The position numbers were made by a program, and so were the translations under genes. From Candidatus Aenigmatarchaeota archaeon (GTDB lineage: Archaea; Aenigmatarchaeota; Aenigmatarchaeia; QMZP01; QMZT01), in assembly GCA_003663325.1 (NCBI GenBank), contig QMZT01000014.1, positions 1 through 20,875 of the forward strand: a stretch of DNA of 20,875 bases, in the 5' to 3' direction. This document shows positions 7,639-15,920 of the stretch, in pieces (within the stretch, counting starts at the first letter, position 1; the number at the start of each line of letters is the position of its first letter). The notes under the pieces were generated by a model. It was not told where the DNA came from. It saw only the letters and a program-made list of their open reading frames with translations, and made no database searches.

Positions 7639-8335
7639 AAAGAGTGTTTATGAGCATTTAGAGGAGCTAAGAGCAAGAGTAATAAGAGTGTTTGTAATAT
7701 TTTCTGCTTTTTTCCTTTTTAGTTTGTTTTTTATTGTGCAAAAGCTATTTGATATTTTTTCGCATGCATTGCAAGCCTTAAATATAAGGTTGGTTTCTAT
7801 TGGCCCAATAGATTATTTCATGGCACTTTTAAACATGTCCACCTTCATAGCCTTTCTTTTAACATTTCCTGTTTTAATCCTCGAAGCGTATATGTTTTTA
7901 TACCCTGCACTTAAACCGAATGAAAAAAGACTTGTTATTTTTGCCTTTATAGCTTCGTTCCTCCTTTTCTTTTTTGGCGTAGCCTTTGGTTACTTTGCCA
8001 TTGTTAGAATAAGTATGCAATTTTTTTCAAGAATTGCTGCGGCGTCAGGAATTGAGAATATATGGAGCACCAGTCTTTTCACCTCATTTGTTTTGTGGTC
8101 ATGCATACTGGCAGGATTGTCATTTCAGATGCCTGTATTAGGTGCTCTCCTCTCCAAAGCAGGGCTCTTAAGTAGCAATAAAATGAAAGAAGGCAGGAGG
8201 TATTTTATATTGTTTATTTTCATACTTGCTGCTATAATAACACCCCCAGACCCACTTACCCAAATATTGCTTGCGCTCCCGATGATACTGCTGTATGAAG
8301 TAACATTATTTTTTATTAAAGTATTTGGTCAATAA
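7628..8335 (+). CDS. tatC: Tat translocase subunit TatC
   Basis: 'HLEELRARVIRVFVIFSAFF...' is the typical TatC N-terminus and the protein has six hydrophobic segments. The only in-frame ATG is 7502, which overlaps tatA by 137 nt and encodes a Lys-rich artefact. A TTG at 7628 overlapping the tatA stop is my proposed start. The start is uncertain. Confidence 0.8.
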   Translation: MLDKKSVYEHLEELRARVIRVFVIFSAFFLFSLFFIVQKLFDIFSHALQALNIRLVSIGPIDYFMALLNMSTFIAFLLTFPVLILEAYMFLYPALKPNEKRLVIFAFIASFLLFFFGVAFGYFAIVRISMQFFSRIAAASGIENIWSTSLFTSFVLWSCILAGLSFQMPVLGALLSKAGLLSSNKMKEGRRYFILFIFILAAIITPPDPLTQILLALPMILLYEVTLFFIKVFGQ

Positions 8336-8350
8336 TAAAAATTAGAAAAT

Positions 8351-8496
8351 GCCCCGGTAGTCTAGTCCGGTTAAGGATGATGGCCTCTCGAGCCATAGAC
8401 CCGGGTTCAAAGCGCCTCTCTTTACGAGAGCTCCCGCTTCTACAAAGAGACCCGCGGGAGAGAAATATGTACAATGAGAAAATCCCGGCCGGGGCA
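8351..8496 (+). tRNA. tRNA-Glu (anticodon CUC) interrupted by a ~71-nt insert in the T-loop (between positions 59 and 60)
   Basis: Hand-folded. Acceptor GCCCCGG (8351-57) pairs with CCGGGGC (8489-95), with discriminator A at 8496. D-stem is GTCT/GGAT with an AGTCCGGTTAA loop. Anticodon stem ATGGC (8380-84)/GCCAT (8392-96) encloses the loop CTCTCGA, giving U33-CUC-G37. T-stem 5' CCGGG (8401-05) pairs with 3' CCCGG (8484-88). The T-loop TTCAAA|T is split by an insert at 8412-8482. Confidence 0.8.
8412..8482 (+). other. putative non-canonical tRNA intron (71 nt) with internal hairpins
   Basis: It lies between the two halves of the T-loop. It contains CTCTC..GAGAG (8418-8432) and a 7-bp stem CTCCCGC..GCGGGAG (8432-8459). 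The exact boundaries are ambiguous by 1-3 nt because of flanking A runs. Confidence 0.6.
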
Positions 8497-8498
8497 TG

Positions 8499-9248
8499 TT
8501 ACTTTTTCTTTGCGATCTTTTCAAAGGCTCTAAGCATTTCTAAAGGAAATGGGAAGATTATGGTCGAATTTTTCTCTGCGGCGATATCAGAAAGTGTTTG
8601 GTAGAGCCTTAATTGTAAAGCTTCGGGTGTTTTTTCAATAACTTTTGCAGCCTCTGTTAATTTCTTTGCTGCCTGTGCCTCGCCTTCTGCAAGAATTATT
8701 CTCGCTCTTCTATCACGCTCAGCCTCTGCCTGGTGTGCCATTGCCCTCTTCATATTCTCTGGAAGCTCAATATCCTTTATCTTAACATCCGTTACCTTTA
8801 TTCCCCACGGATCTGTTTCCTTATCTACAATATTTTTTATTTTCGAGCCTATCTCTTCTCTTTTTGCCAATATTATATCGAGCTCAGCCCTACCACACAT
8901 ATCCCTTAAAGCAGACTGCGAAAGCTGTGAGACCGCATACCTGTAATCCTCAACCTCAAGTATAGCTTTGCTGGCATCACTAACCCTAAAGAACACAACA
9001 CCATTAACCTTTATTGGCACATTATCTTCTGTCATGACCTCCTGAGAAGGTATATCTATGGTTACAACTCTCATATCAACCTTTTCAAGCCTTTCTATTA
9101 TAGGTATTATCCACCTAAGCCCAGGGCCGAGCACACCAACAAATCTGCCAAGCCTAAATTTAACACCCCTTTCATACTGATTTATTATCCTTATACCAGA
9201 TAATGCTAAAAGCAATGCAAAAATACCTAGCCAAACAAACCATGCCAT
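8499..9248 (-). CDS. SPFH/band-7 (stomatin/prohibitin-like) membrane protein
   Basis: An N-terminal TM is followed by the 'YERGVKFRLGRF..PGL..IIP.IE...VDMR' SPFH core and a C-terminal coiled-coil 'AEAERDRRARIILAEGEAQAAK'. Confidence 0.88.
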   Translation of the reverse strand: MAWFVWLGIFALLLALSGIRIINQYERGVKFRLGRFVGVLGPGLRWIIPIIERLEKVDMRVVTIDIPSQEVMTEDNVPIKVNGVVFFRVSDASKAILEVEDYRYAVSQLSQSALRDMCGRAELDIILAKREEIGSKIKNIVDKETDPWGIKVTDVKIKDIELPENMKRAMAHQAEAERDRRARIILAEGEAQAAKKLTEAAKVIEKTPEALQLRLYQTLSDIAAEKNSTIIFPFPLEMLRAFEKIAKKK

Positions 9249-9280
9249 AATTAGGTTTTACTATTGTGATTTAAAAACTT

Positions 9281-9658
9281 TTATTTTGGGTCTTCTTCCA
9301 AAAGATACTCAATGGGGTATCCTTTTCTCTCCCAGAACCCAATATTCCTAATAAAATAAACATACGGGACATGCTCCAGAATGAATTTTCTTACCTCTTT
9401 GCCATCAGGTATTTCTATAACTTCATTATCTTCCGGGTTATCCGGGTCTTCGAGAACAAAAACAAAACCTGACTCACCTCTATAATAACCCCTTAGCTTT
9501 GGTTTATAAGCTACATGATCTATACGCCATCCATATACATCCATATCTAACCTTAAAGCAACAAGACCATTATTTGCATACCTCGACTCCGTATCTAAAG
9601 AATCTAAATACTTAACCAAATCCTTGGCTGGGATCTTGTCTCCAAGTTCCCATACCAT
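9281..9658 (-). CDS. hypothetical acidic protein (125 aa)
   Basis: Clean ORF with no recognisable motif. A palindromic TATA at ~9681-9688 lies 23-30 nt upstream of its ATG. Confidence 0.5.
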   Translation of the reverse strand: MVWELGDKIPAKDLVKYLDSLDTESRYANNGLVALRLDMDVYGWRIDHVAYKPKLRGYYRGESGFVFVLEDPDNPEDNEVIEIPDGKEVRKFILEHVPYVYFIRNIGFWERKGYPIEYLLEEDPK

Positions 9659-9708
9659 AACAAATTTGCTAATGTTAGATTTATAAAGATTTATTGTTCA
9701 CCACTATT

Positions 9709-9734
9709 TGCAGTTTTTGCAGTTATGCAGTTAT
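9709..9734. promoter_or_regulatory. three tandem TGCAGTT(N1-2) direct repeats upstream of the TATA box of gene 9281-9658
   Basis: TGCAGTT occurs at 9709-9715, 9718-9724 and 9726-9732, with an 8-9 bp period. It sits 50-75 nt upstream of ATG 9658 on the gene side and just downstream of the LeuA-family gene stop (9749). Confidence 0.45.
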
Positions 9735-9748
9735 AGGTATGCTAAGAG

Positions 9749-11443
9749 TTAAAACCTGTTTAGCTTTACAATGGCATTAACAGCATCGATTATGGCATTG
9801 TATGTGGATTCTAATATATTTTGCGCCACGCCCCTTCCAAAATAACTTTGCCCCTTATAGCTTATCTCTACTCGGCTCTTTGCCCATGCCTCTTGCCCCT
9901 TGCTTACCTTGCTCATATAATTATTTTTACCATTTCTACCCTTCTCTATAAATGCTCGTTCTTCCTCATTAAATGGTATTTCATCCAGTATTTCAAACCC
10001 TGGTGCACCCATGCCCCTATATATCGCATTTTCTTCCCAATTCCTCAATTCAATCTCTAAGCCTGTTGCATTTTTAATCGCATTCATAAATGCATCAACA
10101 GGACCGACACCATAACCTTTACTCGATACGACATTCTCATTAACCTTAACAACCGCATTTACTCTTGGCTTGTCATATTTTGAACCCTCAACAACATAAT
10201 CTATTAGCTCAACAGCATCCTCAGGGCTTGCACCTCCCAGTATTTCCTCGGCCAAAAGCATAGCTTCTGTTTCACTCAAACTTCCACCAAGTTTGATGCT
10301 CATCTTTTTTGCCCGTCTTGTAAGCTCTTCTAATTGCTTTGCGTTATAATCAATACAAGCCTCACCATATCCATGTTCACGTAAGAAATTGGCAACGGTG
10401 TTTCTTCCGGAGGTTTGACCAAGTACTATTTCGCTTCCTCTACCAACACTTTCTGGTTCAATAACATGGTATGTTTTTCTATTTTTGATAACACCTTTTA
10501 CATGGATACCTGAGCTCGTTGTAAATGCGACCTCACCACTCACAGGATGGTTCAATGGTAACGGCTTGCCAATAACGTTACTCACCAGTTGGGCAAGTTC
10601 AAAAAACTTCTCTGTTTTTATATGGTTTGTGTCTATTCCGTAAAAATCCTCATGTACCCTTAAATTCTCTATAACTACTAACCAATCTACATTTCCAGCT
10701 CTCTCACCAAGCTGAAGAACACAACCCTCTACTTGTCTTACACCAGCCTCTATACCTTTTAAGGTTGTTGCTACGGCGTTCCCGCTATCATTATGTATAT
10801 GCGCGCTTAACGTTACATTTTCTATACCTCTTACCTCTTCTCTTAATTTCTTTATGATATCATAGTATTGGTCAGGCCTCGCAAAGCCTGTCGTGTCTGG
10901 CACGTTGATCACATCGGCCCCATGCCTGATCGCTTCCTCAACCGTTTTAGCTAAAAACTCATAATCTGTCCTCAATGCATCTTCTGATGAATATTCTACT
11001 GTACCATGCTCACCCATAAGCTCTCTTGCGATGCTAACACCATCCCTTATCATACCTATAATCTCCTTTTCTCTTTTACCGTGACTGTATTCCATAAGTT
11101 CTTTTGAAGTTCCTATAAAAACATGTATCCTTCTCTTATCAGGATCAGCTAACCTGATACTATCATACGCCAGCTCTATATCATCTTTTACCAACCTGGC
11201 AAGAGAACATATAACTGGCACGTGCTCAAGCATCGACCTTTCCCTTGATCCAATGTACTTTGAGACCCTCCTGAGTGTGGGATAATCAATCTCATTAGCT
11301 GCAAATCCGGCCTCGATCACATCAACCCCAACATAAGCCAAGGCTTTTGCTATAACAAACCTTCCCCATTCATCCACACCTATTTTTGGCGTTTGCATAC
11401 CATCTCTTAGTGTGGTATCAAGCACTTTTAATCTATCTCTCAC
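9749..11443 (-). CDS. 2-isopropylmalate synthase / citramalate synthase family protein (long LeuA-type with C-terminal regulatory domain)
   Basis: Contains 'VLDTTLRDGMQ' (DRE-TIM metallolyase N-motif), 'HIHNDSGNAVATT' (HxH metal site) and 'EGCVLQLGERAGN'. At 564 aa it has a LeuA-dimerisation-like C-terminus. Confidence 0.85.
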   Translation of the reverse strand: MRDRLKVLDTTLRDGMQTPKIGVDEWGRFVIAKALAYVGVDVIEAGFAANEIDYPTLRRVSKYIGSRERSMLEHVPVICSLARLVKDDIELAYDSIRLADPDKRRIHVFIGTSKELMEYSHGKREKEIIGMIRDGVSIARELMGEHGTVEYSSEDALRTDYEFLAKTVEEAIRHGADVINVPDTTGFARPDQYYDIIKKLREEVRGIENVTLSAHIHNDSGNAVATTLKGIEAGVRQVEGCVLQLGERAGNVDWLVVIENLRVHEDFYGIDTNHIKTEKFFELAQLVSNVIGKPLPLNHPVSGEVAFTTSSGIHVKGVIKNRKTYHVIEPESVGRGSEIVLGQTSGRNTVANFLREHGYGEACIDYNAKQLEELTRRAKKMSIKLGGSLSETEAMLLAEEILGGASPEDAVELIDYVVEGSKYDKPRVNAVVKVNENVVSSKGYGVGPVDAFMNAIKNATGLEIELRNWEENAIYRGMGAPGFEILDEIPFNEEERAFIEKGRNGKNNYMSKVSKGQEAWAKSRVEISYKGQSYFGRGVAQNILESTYNAIIDAVNAIVKLNRF

Positions 11444-11646
11444 TCAATCACCTCCAAGAAAATTGATAAAGAATTGAGACAAAACCAATGAGCGCTCTTT
11501 ATAAGAGCAAGAGCAACAACAAAAGTAGGCAAGTTAGCAAGGTATCGCTGCGGTGCATACAAAACATATTACATGGCTCCATGATTTATTCTTCTATTCC
11601 AAAATATTTAAATCATTATTATACCTGCTGTTTTAAAAATATTTTT

Positions 11647-14600
11647 ATGAGCAAATCCAAATGCATGGTTGCGTTCATTTTATTGGTAGGTTTATTTTTA
11701 GCCGAGCTATGTTTTAGCTACAATACACAAATAGACAAAAAGCTGTACAGCTTTTACACAAGTCAAAAGGACGGGTATGTTGATGTTATAGTAAAAGTAA
11801 AAAACAGCTCTTTGGGCAAATTTCTCTTGAAAGAAGGCGGGATAAGAAGGTATTTAAGGGACAATGCAATTGCGATAAGGGTTAGTATGAGCGAGCTAAA
11901 AAGGCTTATAGAAGCTGGAGATATTGAGCAAATAGGTTTGGATAGAAAGGTGAGACCATTTTTACAGCAATCCGTGCCTTTGATAAGAGCCAATGATACA
12001 TGGAAGCTAAGAGCTGATGGGATAAATATAAGTGGCTCTGGGCTCAGCGTGTGTGTAATCGATACTGGGATAAACTATATGCATCCAGATTTAGGTGGAT
12101 GCAAGCTTATTAGAAATAACTATACAGGCAATATAAAAAGCTACAGGCTTGAGTCGCCCCATGAATATGAAAACTCAACCACATATTTATGGGATATAAC
12201 TATGCCAGGGTTTACAAAGATAGCAGTTCATTTTAAGAATATAAGCACGGAGGCAAATTACGATTACGTCAAGGTTTACGATAAAGATATGAGATTGCTC
12301 TCCCTCTACTCTGGAGCTCATGAAGACGTATGGACACCATCAGCTAGCGGGAACAGGATTTATATAAAACTTATTACCGATACCTATGTAAGTGGTTATG
12401 GATTTTATATAGATAAGGTTATAAATGGGAGTGTAAATACAACCTACAGCTGGAGTAATTGTACGAAGGTTATAGACGGGTATGATATTTATAATTCTGA
12501 TCAAGATCCGATGGATGATAACGGTCATGGGACGCATGTTGCAGGGATAATAGCTGCAAACGGCAATATATATGGGGTAGCTAAAGATGCTAAGCTTGTT
12601 GTGCTAAAGGTTTTCCCTGCAAACGGTGAAGCAACAGTTAGTGATGTTATAGCTGCTATTGATTGGTGCCTAAACAAAAGCAAGGAGTATAACATAACGG
12701 TAATAAGCATGAGTTTAGGAACAGATGAGCTGTATGACAGCTATTGCGATAATAGCGATATAGAGAATGAGCTAATGGCTAACGCTATAGATGATGCAGT
12801 AAGCATGAATATAAGTGTTGTTGTTGCTACAGGAAATGATGGCTCAACCAGCGGCGTGTCTTCTCCAGCATGTATAAAAAATGTGATAAGGGTCGGCTCG
12901 ACAACAAAAAGTGATACTATTTCCTCCTTTACCAATAGAGGAGCAAACTTTAGCGATATAATACTTGCCCCTGGGAGTAGTATAAACTCAACATGGAACA
13001 ACGGATATGCTATCAAGGATGGTACAAGCATGGCCGCGCCGCATGTATCCGGAGCCATAGCATTAATAGTGCAAGCGTATAGATCCGAGTATGGAATCAT
13101 GCCGCTCCCTCAAACTATAAAAGACATTATAATCAACACAAGTAAGAAAATATATGATTCCGCAACAGACATCAATTTCAGCAGAATTGATGTGTACAGC
13201 GCTGTTACCTCTATATTATTCCCATCCATAAAGATAGAGTCCCCATTAAATAGAGCATATAACACAAGCAACATACACTTCAACATAACTGTCAATAAAG
13301 CATTAATCAATGCTACATTTAGTATTAACAACGGCACGAATTCGAGCATGAAAAATGACACCTTATTCCATTGGTATAATACATCTTATATGCTTGAGGA
13401 CGGGCACTATAACGTAACATTTTATGTGCAGGCCATTAACAATTACAGCAACTCAGCAACAGCTCATTTTATTGTAGACACCACCCCACCAAAAATAGAT
13501 TTCATCCAGCCAACACCAAAAAACAACAAGATAATCAATACAACCACACTCTATATCAATATATCAATCAATGAATCAAATCCCTCTACACTTATTTTAT
13601 ATTTAAACGACACCATGGCTTTTGCCTACAATATCCATAATAGTGAGTGGCTTGATATAACACTTAATCTTTCTGATGGTAAATATGAATATTATGCGTG
13701 GGCTAATGACAGTGCTGGCAATAAAAATCAAACAGAGGAGAGAAATATAAGCATAGACACTACTCCACCATCTTTAACCCTTGTTGTGCTTAATCCTGAG
13801 GTAATCGAAGGGGAGAACATAACATTTCTTTTGAATGCAACCGATAACATATTGCTCTCTACCGTCTGGTACACAATAAGCAACGAAACCTTTTCTAAGC
13901 ATTATATTGTTTCCCATACCTCCATTTTTGGTGAATATACAATAAACTATAATACATCCAATATTAGCATTGGTAGCTACAACCTTACCGCATACGCTAA
14001 CGATAGCGTTGCCCATACAACCCATTATAGCTTGCGCTTTACTGTGTCTCAGGGGGTAGAGTTAAGGGTAAGGATTAGGGATAGAGAAGGTGTGGAGAAG
14101 AATATTAGCAATATAGCAATACTATACCAAAGTACTGGATGGAAGAGGAATGAAAGTTACAACACAAGCACGCTTTATTCTTTTTTGCCTGCTGGCTTTT
14201 GGAAAATAGAAATAATTGATAACACCTTCAACGCAACGCTTTTCAATGTAAATATAAGCCAAAATGAGAGCATAGATATGGTGATAGACAAGCTTAATGA
14301 AAGCAAGATAAATGTTGCTGATATATCACAGCTAACAAGGAACATAGCAAAGGCTGTATTTTTCCATACAAATGCTAGTGCCAGCTATACTATTATAAAA
14401 ATACCATATAATAGCTCAAGGCTTGATGAGACGAAGATGTCTATATTCGTATGCCACAACTTTACAAATTATGAATGCAAGGATGGGTGGGAGAATATAA
14501 CCAATACAACATCTATAGACTATGACAATGATATAGTTAGCCTCAACCTTACAGCATACTCTGCAATCGTAATAACACAAGATAAGTACTGCGGTGATGG

Positions 14601-15435
14601 TATAAAGGATGAATGGGAGGAATGTGATAACACAGACTTTAATGGAAAAACATGTTCAACTTACGGTTTCGCATACGGTAACCTTTTATGTAGTAATGAA
14701 TGCAGGATAATAACAAGTAACTGCTATAATATTGCTAAAACACCTGCAATATTTATTCCACTCAAGAAAATAAAGAAAAAGGTTTATAATGCTACTATAG
14801 CCTTACCAGAAAAAGTAATTAAAGGGCGTGTTGGCACGAGGCTGGCTGTACCACTAACCATACATAATACAGGAAATAGCGTGATTAATGCTGAGCTAAT
14901 TATAAATTCCACATGCAACCTCACTCTATATAAACCCATATATGATATCATCTTGCACCCCGGGGATGAAGAAAACATAACTATACATTTTACCCCAAGC
15001 CAGGTAGGTAGTTGCGTGCTTCATTTCTATCTGCTTCACGAGAAAGTAAAATTACATAAAGAGCTAAGGCTGGAAGTGATGAAGAAAATACCGTGTAATT
15101 ATAACCATGTGTGCGAGGAGTGGGAGAGCAAGGAGTGCAAGGATTGTGCAAAGAAGGTATGCATACAGGTTATAACCCCTGCCATTTCTCCAGAAGGTAT
15201 ATGCAAAGAATTTCCCACGCCATGCGATGTACCAAATGGCTGGAAAATCGTGGATAAGTGCGAAAAAAGTGTAAGAGAGCTAAAGGAAATAGAACAAGAG
15301 AGAAAGAAACCATCCAAATACACACCGCACACAAACCCATATATTCCATATATTTACATAATACACGGCTTGATGGTATCCTTGCCGATAGCATTTCTAT
15401 TACTATTTGTTAAGTTTTGGTTAAATATGACCTAA
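11647..15435 (+). CDS. membrane-anchored S8 subtilisin-like serine protease / surface glycoprotein (about 1263 aa from ATG 11647)
   Basis: The catalytic triad is present in context: 'CVIDTGINYMHPDL' (Asp), 'HGTHVAGIIAANG' (His) and 'GTSMAAPHVSGAIALI' (Ser). Signal peptide is 'MSKSKCMVAFILLVGLFLAELCFS'. A CUB-like segment lies between Asp and His. There are dozens of N-x-S/T sequons, a 'VDTTPP' repeat at two sites, a 'CGDGIKDEWEECDNTDFNG' Cys-rich repeat and a CARDB-like segment. The C-terminal TM is 'IIHGLMVSLPIAFLLLFV'. The track ORF begins at 11488. The 53 upstream codons lack signal-peptide character. Confidence 0.9.
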   Translation: MSKSKCMVAFILLVGLFLAELCFSYNTQIDKKLYSFYTSQKDGYVDVIVKVKNSSLGKFLLKEGGIRRYLRDNAIAIRVSMSELKRLIEAGDIEQIGLDRKVRPFLQQSVPLIRANDTWKLRADGINISGSGLSVCVIDTGINYMHPDLGGCKLIRNNYTGNIKSYRLESPHEYENSTTYLWDITMPGFTKIAVHFKNISTEANYDYVKVYDKDMRLLSLYSGAHEDVWTPSASGNRIYIKLITDTYVSGYGFYIDKVINGSVNTTYSWSNCTKVIDGYDIYNSDQDPMDDNGHGTHVAGIIAANGNIYGVAKDAKLVVLKVFPANGEATVSDVIAAIDWCLNKSKEYNITVISMSLGTDELYDSYCDNSDIENELMANAIDDAVSMNISVVVATGNDGSTSGVSSPACIKNVIRVGSTTKSDTISSFTNRGANFSDIILAPGSSINSTWNNGYAIKDGTSMAAPHVSGAIALIVQAYRSEYGIMPLPQTIKDIIINTSKKIYDSATDINFSRIDVYSAVTSILFPSIKIESPLNRAYNTSNIHFNITVNKALINATFSINNGTNSSMKNDTLFHWYNTSYMLEDGHYNVTFYVQAINNYSNSATAHFIVDTTPPKIDFIQPTPKNNKIINTTTLYINISINESNPSTLILYLNDTMAFAYNIHNSEWLDITLNLSDGKYEYYAWANDSAGNKNQTEERNISIDTTPPSLTLVVLNPEVIEGENITFLLNATDNILLSTVWYTISNETFSKHYIVSHTSIFGEYTINYNTSNISIGSYNLTAYANDSVAHTTHYSLRFTVSQGVELRVRIRDREGVEKNISNIAILYQSTGWKRNESYNTSTLYSFLPAGFWKIEIIDNTFNATLFNVNISQNESIDMVIDKLNESKINVADISQLTRNIAKAVFFHTNASASYTIIKIPYNSSRLDETKMSIFVCHNFTNYECKDGWENITNTTSIDYDNDIVSLNLTAYSAIVITQDKYCGDGIKDEWEECDNTDFNGKTCSTYGFAYGNLLCSNECRIITSNCYNIAKTPAIFIPLKKIKKKVYNATIALPEKVIKGRVGTRLAVPLTIHNTGNSVINAELIINSTCNLTLYKPIYDIILHPGDEENITIHFTPSQVGSCVLHFYLLHEKVKLHKELRLEVMKKIPCNYNHVCEEWESKECKDCAKKVCIQVITPAISPEGICKEFPTPCDVPNGWKIVDKCEKSVRELKEIEQERKKPSKYTPHTNPYIPYIYIIHGLMVSLPIAFLLLFVKFWLNMT

Positions 15436-15919
15436 AAATGGGGTAAAGTAAAGAGGGAACCAAGATACCAATCAAAGCCCCGCCCATTATATCAAATAAT
15501 GTGTGTACATGAAGCATGTATCTGGAAACACCAACAAGAGCAGGGAGCAAGTAAAGAACACAATATTTTTTCCTTCTATAAAATATTGTAAATGCTGTTA
15601 TCGCAGAGAATATGCCAGAGGTATGACCAGATGGGAAAGAGCTGTCTAATGGGCAGTATGGATTACACATGCTGGAGTTATTAGTACACGGTATGCATGG
15701 CCTCTCTATATGCAAAGAGGATTTTAAGAAAATAACAAAAAAATAGGTCAGCAAAAGCGCAAAAGAAAAGTAGAGCGCAAATGTTTTAGCATGCCTTGTT
15801 TCCTTCTTTCCTGCCTTTGCTATAAATCTTTTATAAAGATAAACGCTCCAGGTAAGCAATAATAGAAAAAGCAAAAAATAAATACCTCCAAATAGGGTTA
15901 AAAGATACCATATATTCAT
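15410..15919 (-). CDS. PAP2-family phosphatase (lipid phosphate / polyprenyl-diphosphate phosphatase-like)
   Basis: All three PAP2 motifs are present: 'KSSLHIERP' (KX6RP), 'FPSGHTS' (PSGH) and 'SRYMLHVHTLFD' (SRX5HX3D), with about 5 TM segments. Its ATG lies 1 nt after the rpl3 stop. It overlaps the protease 3' end by 26 nt (convergent). Confidence 0.85.
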   Translation of the reverse strand: MNIWYLLTLFGGIYFLLFLLLLTWSVYLYKRFIAKAGKKETRHAKTFALYFSFALLLTYFFVIFLKSSLHIERPCIPCTNNSSMCNPYCPLDSSFPSGHTSGIFSAITAFTIFYRRKKYCVLYLLPALVGVSRYMLHVHTLFDIMGGALIGILVPSLLYPIFRSYLTKT

Positions 15920-15920
15920 T

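Noticed and set aside
7392-7676. A 94-aa minus-strand ORF (Phe/Leu-rich) overlapping tatA.
   Set aside because: It is antisense to the tatA poly-Lys (A-rich) tract and simply reads it as poly-Phe/Leu. This is an artefact.
8342-8604. ORFs 8342-8524 (-) and 8377-8604 (+) spanning the tRNA locus.
   Set aside because: They overlap a well-folded tRNA and are GC-rich only because of the tRNA. They are not coding.
9749-11443. Whether 'LRDGMQ' (Met where many LeuA/CimA have Glu) marks a non-LeuA enzyme.
   Set aside because: That position is variable in the family (E in E. coli LeuA, N in long-form M. tuberculosis LeuA). The HxH and Asp metal ligands are intact, so a LeuA/CimA-family call stands. 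Substrate specificity cannot be read from sequence.
11488-11646. A 53-codon N-terminal extension of the protease ORF (MSALYKSKSNNKS...).
   Set aside because: It lacks signal-peptide character. The downstream ATG 11647 gives a canonical signal peptide (MSKSKCMVAFILLVGLFLAELCFS), and TATA-like elements lie within the extension.
12340-15394. Multiple 60-120 aa minus-strand ORFs inside the protease gene.
   Set aside because: They are antisense to a motif-verified 1263-aa CDS and have no features.
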